From Aplysia californica (taxonomy: Eukaryota): DNA of 64,000 nucleotides. Made by a program: the position numbers and the translations under genes. The stretch is from contig NW_004797435.1 in NCBI RefSeq assembly GCF_000002075.1, forward strand, positions 603,452 through 667,451, in the 5' to 3' direction. Within the stretch, counting starts at the first letter, position 1. Every line of letters starts with the position of its first letter. Positions 59,501 to 64,000 of this stretch are shown piece by piece. A model generated the notes under the pieces. The model saw only the letters and a program-made list of their open reading frames with translations, ran no database searches and was not told where the DNA came from.

Positions 59501-62500
59501 GCCGAAGCATTTTTTATTCACAAAAGCATACCTGTCATAATGATGTACTGTGATATAATATTATGTGTATGCCAGACTGTAAGACTGAANNNNNNNNNNN
59601 NNNNNNNNNNNNNNNNNNNNNNNNNNNNNNNNNNNNNNNNNNNNNNNNNNNNNNNNNNNNNNNNNNNNNNNNNNNNNNNNNNNNNNNNNNNNNNNNNNNN
59701 NNNNNNNNNNNNNNNNNNNNNNNNNNNNNNNNNNNNNNNNNNNNNNNNNNNNNNNNNNNNNNNNNNNNNNNNNNNNNNNNNNNNNNNNNNNNNNNNNNNN
59801 NNNNNNNNNNNNNNNNNNNNNNNNNNNNNNNNNNNNNNNNNNNNNNNNNNNNNNNNNNNNNNNNNNNNNNNNNNNNNNNNNNNNNNNNNNNNNNNNNNNN
59901 NNNNNNNNNNNNNNNNNNNNNNNNNNNNNNNNNNNNNNNNNNNNNNNNNNNNNNNNNNNNNNNNNNNNNNNNNNNNNNNNNNNNNNNNNNNNNNNNNNNN
60001 NNNNNNNNNNNNNNNNNNNNNNNNNNNNNNNNNNNNNNNNNNNNNNNNNNNNNNNNNNNNNNNNNNNNNNNNNNNNNNNNNNNNNNNNNNNNNNNNNNNN
60101 NNNNNNNNNNNNNNNNNNNNNNNNNNNNNNNNNNNNNNNNNNNNNNNNNNNNNNNNNNNNNNNNNNNNNNNNNNNNNNNNNNNNNNNNNNNNNNNNNNNN
60201 NNNNNNNNNNNNNNNNNNNNNNNNNNNNNNNNNNNNNNNNNNNNNNNNNNNNNNNNNNNNNNNNNNNNNNNNNNNNNNNNNNNNNNNNNNNNNNNNNNNN
60301 NNNNNNNNNNNNNNNNNNNNNNNNNNNNNNNNNNNNNNNNNNNNNNNNNNNNNNNNNNNNNNNNNNNNNNNNNNNNNNNNNNNNNNNNNNNNNNNNNNNN
60401 NNNNNNNNNNNNNNNNNNNNNNNNNNNNNNNNNNNNNNNNNNNNNNNNNNNNNNNNNNNNNNNNNNNNNNNNNNNNNNNNNNNNNNNNNNNNNNNNNNNN
60501 NNNNNNNNNNNNNNNNNNNNNNNNNNNNNNNNNNNNNNNNNNNNNNNNNNNNNNNNNNNNNNNNNNNNNNNTATAAAATTTTACACATATGCATTTATAT
60601 TTATGTATAATACTTTGTTTTACGTACATACTTGTTGATTAATTTTTAAGATGTGATGTCTTTTTCATTGTAATGCGCATTGAGCATCTTTTAGGAAATG
60701 GAAATGCGCAGTATAAATGCTATTTATAATTATTATTATTATTAAACTTTACTTTGTAATTGCAGTGCGGCTATTTATTTTACAGTCTAATGACAAGTAT
60801 TTTAGGAAGGACTAGTGCTGAACTGAGCAGGCTTTACAATAACTGCGGTAGAGTGTGTTAAAAAATTGAGTTCCATTCTTCAGTCAGGAGAGTTAAGTTA
60901 CTTTAGAATCCTAAAACCTATACTGAAATTAGTCATTTGATTTACGATACAGTGGAATCAGGCACTTGTCAATTTTTGGGCATACATGGAGTTATTAAGG
61001 TATCATCTGAAAGCTTTTCATTTGTTTTGCTTTCAATGAAAAAAAATATGCATCTCTATCTTGAATAGAAGTGAAGATATTTGTGACTGAAGAGGGTGAG
61101 GTCGTCTGGTTTCAGTGGTAAAATTAGCAAGAAAATGGCCGCCAAAGTTTGGTAACTCCAATACCTAAAGAGTCCTTGAAAACCGAAAAATGACATATTT
61201 TGCGCCTTTAATCAATGTCTTTCAGTAAAATGTATGGACATAAAAGGGTTTGAGCCAAAAAAACAAAAATTTGATAAAAATTGCTTAACTGGCGGAAACC
61301 TGCCCGTTTCTCCGATTTAGTTATTTTGATAAGTGTCTCATTTCATGATGCCTGACATATCTTATCAAAAGAAGAGCCAAAGCCAAAAAGAAAGAGCTTG
61401 ACAGGTTGACTTAGCAAAGTACAACTGTAAACTAGATAAGTGATTTTGAAGGCACCCTCTGAGTTTCTGTCATACACAGGAATATATCATTCCAGTACAA
61501 GACTAATAGAAATGAAACTTCTCTGATCCTGTGAATTGAAAAAGTTTATAATGACCTGCATAAATCTATTACTATTAAACAATGAATGAATGGCCCTCTA
61601 AATGAATTACAGAAATTCAAATTAAATGAGAATTTCAACCAGCTCATATATCAAATACAGGGCGATCCAAAAAAAAGTATAGGCCTACAACTTTTCTGTA
61701 AATATTTTTTCCACACGTAAGCTTTGCGTTTCAAATTTGTACACACAAAATTTGGAATTCAAAAGGAATTTGGGATATTGGTTTTAGAGAAATCCACAGA
61801 ATAGTTTTGCTCTACAGAGTGCGTAAAAAACAACCCGTTTTCACCTATGTCCCCATTTTTGTAGCATGACACACTAGTTCGCATTAAGCCTACCACTATA
61901 AGTCCCAACAATTGCACCATATCACAAGCTGTTTTTCCTCAAGTATACTTTGCCTACAGAGATCATGTTTAAGATAAGTAAAAAGCAGAGTGCTTTTCAT
62001 ATTAATTGAACATTACCTCACCACCAACTCATATCGTAGGTTTCGCTCAAGGTACGGAAATATTGTTTAAGTGCCCTTAAAAATTTCTTTGATGTCAAGG
62101 GCATAATATAGTGTAAAGCGCATAGAGCCTGCTGCTGAGCGGGGATATGCGCTATACAAATGCTATCTATTATTATTTATTAAGGGCAGAGATGCTCCAC
62201 CAGTTAGGACTTGTAGAGAATCAGTACAAAAAATTCCCCAACAAAACTACCACTTCAGGCCATTCGCACCCCTTAAACATCACCAGGGTGTAGAATTCCG
62301 TAGATGAGTCCATAAGACGTCTCTCCGGAGATGATGTCTGCAGCTAGGATTTTCCTACACACCTCAAGATGGTTTGCATTCTCAAGGCAGATCTTCATCT
62401 ATACTATGACTGTACATTTTCCTGTTCCTAAAGCTGATGTGAACCAGAGGATAGCAATGTGTTCATGATTCCTCGATCGTCTTGAAAAACGAGAACATTT

Positions 62501-63271
62501 AATTTCTTCAATGACATTTGCTGGTTCTTTGGCAAAGCCCATATATATATATTCACCTTTCAGGGAATATTATGTTCTCTTCACAAATACTGTAGGCAGG
62601 TGTACCCTGTGTGTGACTTAGAGTACTCTCATGGTAGAGAGGATCCTTGTGTTTAGTCACCACTGAACATTACGAACGGTTGGAGCATTTTGCGTTTATG
62701 GGTGGTTTTTATAAAAAAAGCCATTTTCCTTTTCTAAAATAAGTTTCTTCTCTATGAATTTTAGGTCAAATAAATTTCTTTTGAAAGAATTATGTCTTCC
62801 GAATTACAACATTCTATAGTACAAATTTCGTGCAAGATATTTAGAAAAAAAGTTGTATGTTGGTTGTTTTTTTAATCACCCTGTATAGACTAAAGGAGAG
62901 GCATGAATTATTAATATTATATACTGATCAAGATCTTTATAAAGTTCATATCACCATAATTTTATAAAACTAAAACAGTGCCATCCATCCTCTTACCTGA
63001 AGGAGAAGTGCACTGGCCTTACTATTTCTGCTGTCGGCAAATATAGATGGAGAAAAGCTGCATACAACAACACTGCCATAAACAAGATCGTGAGACAAGC
63101 CAGCGCCAAGACAACCAGTTTTTGAGCTGTAGTTTTCACCTTGGTAAGTATAAATTCTGCAATCACTTCTAGCACTGAGAATGTTTTCCTGAAGGGCCAT
63201 GTTCCTAAAGCCCAAACTTGTGTGCAACCCCCTTGAAGAACTCCAGTGATGCGTTCTCGAAAAGCCATCAT
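47518..63271 (-). CDS. BSCL2: Seipin (lipid droplet biogenesis protein), 8 coding exons, about 379 aa
   Basis: Exons 63271-62997, 58811-58730, 56876-56801, 54917-54850, 51093-50959, 50620-50523, 49888-49632, 47666-47518 (1140 nt). Seipin peptides: LYAAFLHLYLP..PVHFSF, LCSFPSANIT, GQYYRVVLDLDMPDTPTNRNLGMF, KYRSLVMRMLD, EQKQLLDVELF, IEIQS, FSGLKYILYYWP, a second TM helix and C-terminal ELRHRR. The gap lies in intron 1, but phases match without an extra exon. Confidence 0.94.
51155..51330 (-). mobile_element. Short retroposon family A, copy 4
   Basis: High similarity to 44856-45032, with the same 5' boundary. Confidence 0.88.
53451..54247 (+). mobile_element. 5'-truncated RNase H-containing LINE (I-group) 3' end, pseudogenised
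   Basis: RNase H motifs IFTDSLSTL, QWIPAHTGIPGN..ADALAK (frameshifted) and C-terminal zinc knuckle CPLLCDYPSETVEHNLFFC. (AAC)n tail and a 10-bp TSD AAATTCACAG (53441-53450 / 54248-54257). Confidence 0.92.
55432..56182. mobile_element. Tigger/pogo-type MITE
   Basis: TIR CAGTGGA.TCC..TTATAACGAG; TA TSD. Confidence 0.85.
57682..58584. mobile_element. Tigger/pogo MITE family 2, copy 2 (inverted relative to 36911)
   Basis: TIRs, TA flanks and full-length colinearity with 36911-37864. Confidence 0.9.
59590..60571. other. Assembly gap (982 N)
   Basis: Run of N. Confidence 1.
60668..60744 (+). mobile_element. L2/CR1-group-type 3' tail fragment (similar tail at about 62112-62182)
   Basis: tgtaa.gcgca..gagc...tgcgc.tataaatgctat followed by (ATT)n. 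Confidence 0.6.
61658..62883. mobile_element. Tc1/mariner-type degenerate element
   Basis: ta|CAGGG(C/T)GAT..AAAAAAA TIRs with a TA TSD. Confidence 0.75.
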
Positions 63272-63499
63272 TCATTGATTCATTACATCGACTAGATCTA
63301 GATCTAGAAGTATCTATTTCTACTATCTTGAAGAAAATACGCCTCTACTCTAGGTCTACAATAATATTGATCATGCTTATTATCTACATCTAGAATCTAG
63401 ACTAGACATCTACTATGCCACTATGGTCTATAGTAGTCAATATATTGAATATGGCCTATGGTCATGGAGTGACGCATTTTTTCAAAATCGTCCGAGACA

Positions 63500-64000
63500 A
63501 TGTCACATTCTTTATCTTGCCAAACTGTGGTGGTGACCAAGGTAAGTCATTCCGTATGAGGCCAAGGCCAAGAAGGAGCGTTGTTCGTGCACTGGGCTAT
63601 ACTCCAAGTCCAAGTACAGTCACACCAGATCTCTAGTCTATTGTGTGCTGACTGCTATCTGGTTGAAGTCCAAATCAGATTTCCCCCATTCCGGTCTAAA
63701 AATAGAAACAAAAACATTGTCATGTGACTCTTCTTATCCCATATTGCTTACAGCTTTTACCACATATCAAATATGACAGAACATTTAATAATATGATGCC
63801 AAAATATAGACAAAATTATTTTTGGGAGATTGTGTAATTTTTATGATAATCCAATTTTGACCTAGATTCTAGATCTACTCAATCCTCTTGATTTTATACT
63901 TTTTTTTATAGGCTTGTAGGATTCCGGATATTGTATGCACACTGGGATATATCCAACCCGCCATAGTGTTGTTGGAAAACGCGTTTGGCAACACATCTTT
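63500..64000 (+). CDS. Putative 5' end of an unidentified gene divergent from seipin (exons 63500-63541 and 63912->64000)
   Basis: ATG in context acaATG, strong donor AAG|GTAAGT at 63542 and polypyrimidine acceptor TTTTTTTATAG| at 63911. The spliced frame is open to the window end (MSHSLSCQTVVVTK/ACRIPDIVCTLGYIQPAIVLLENAFGNTS), while the other two frames of the second exon hit stops. No family recognised, and the exons could be UTR. Confidence 0.4.

Noticed and set aside
59518-60629. Four ORFs of more than 330 aa in the ORF track
   Set aside because: Artefacts of the N gap.
62300-62335. Hammerhead-ribozyme-like GATGAGTC-CATAA-GAC
   Set aside because: Lacks the CUGA start and the GAAA core, so it cannot form the catalytic centre.

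Overview
AT-rich animal genomic DNA with GT-AG introns, many transposons and a 982-nt assembly gap at 59590-60571. An invertebrate, probably a mollusc, is inferred from the FnII-less SEL1L, the SINE types and the TAGATC runs. Three complete multi-exon genes for ER membrane proteins can be spliced by hand with consistent phases. SEL1L (- strand, 19 coding exons, 922 aa) has an unusual 307-codon Gln/Pro-rich exon. PIGF (+ strand, 5 coding exons, 229 aa) lies head-to-head with SEL1L. Seipin/BSCL2 (- strand, 8 coding exons, 379 aa) lies tail-to-tail with PIGF. A probable fourth gene starts head-to-head with seipin at the right edge. Introns and intergenic DNA hold non-autonomous DNA transposons from about seven superfamilies (Tigger/pogo, mariner, hAT, piggyBac, Harbinger, P, Sola2, Mutator), several of them nested, plus an RNase-H LINE 3' end and SINEs. 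The most notable unexplained signals are: four co-oriented T-box-consensus composite motifs in the last seipin intron; a possible alternative seipin C-terminus ending in KxKxx; a cluster of upstream ATGs and an overlapping ORF at the seipin start; three retroposon bodies sharing one covarying 3' stem-loop, one with a fixed 5' end and no tRNA head; and TAGATC runs concentrated at the two divergent promoters. No prokaryotic system or CRISPR array is present.
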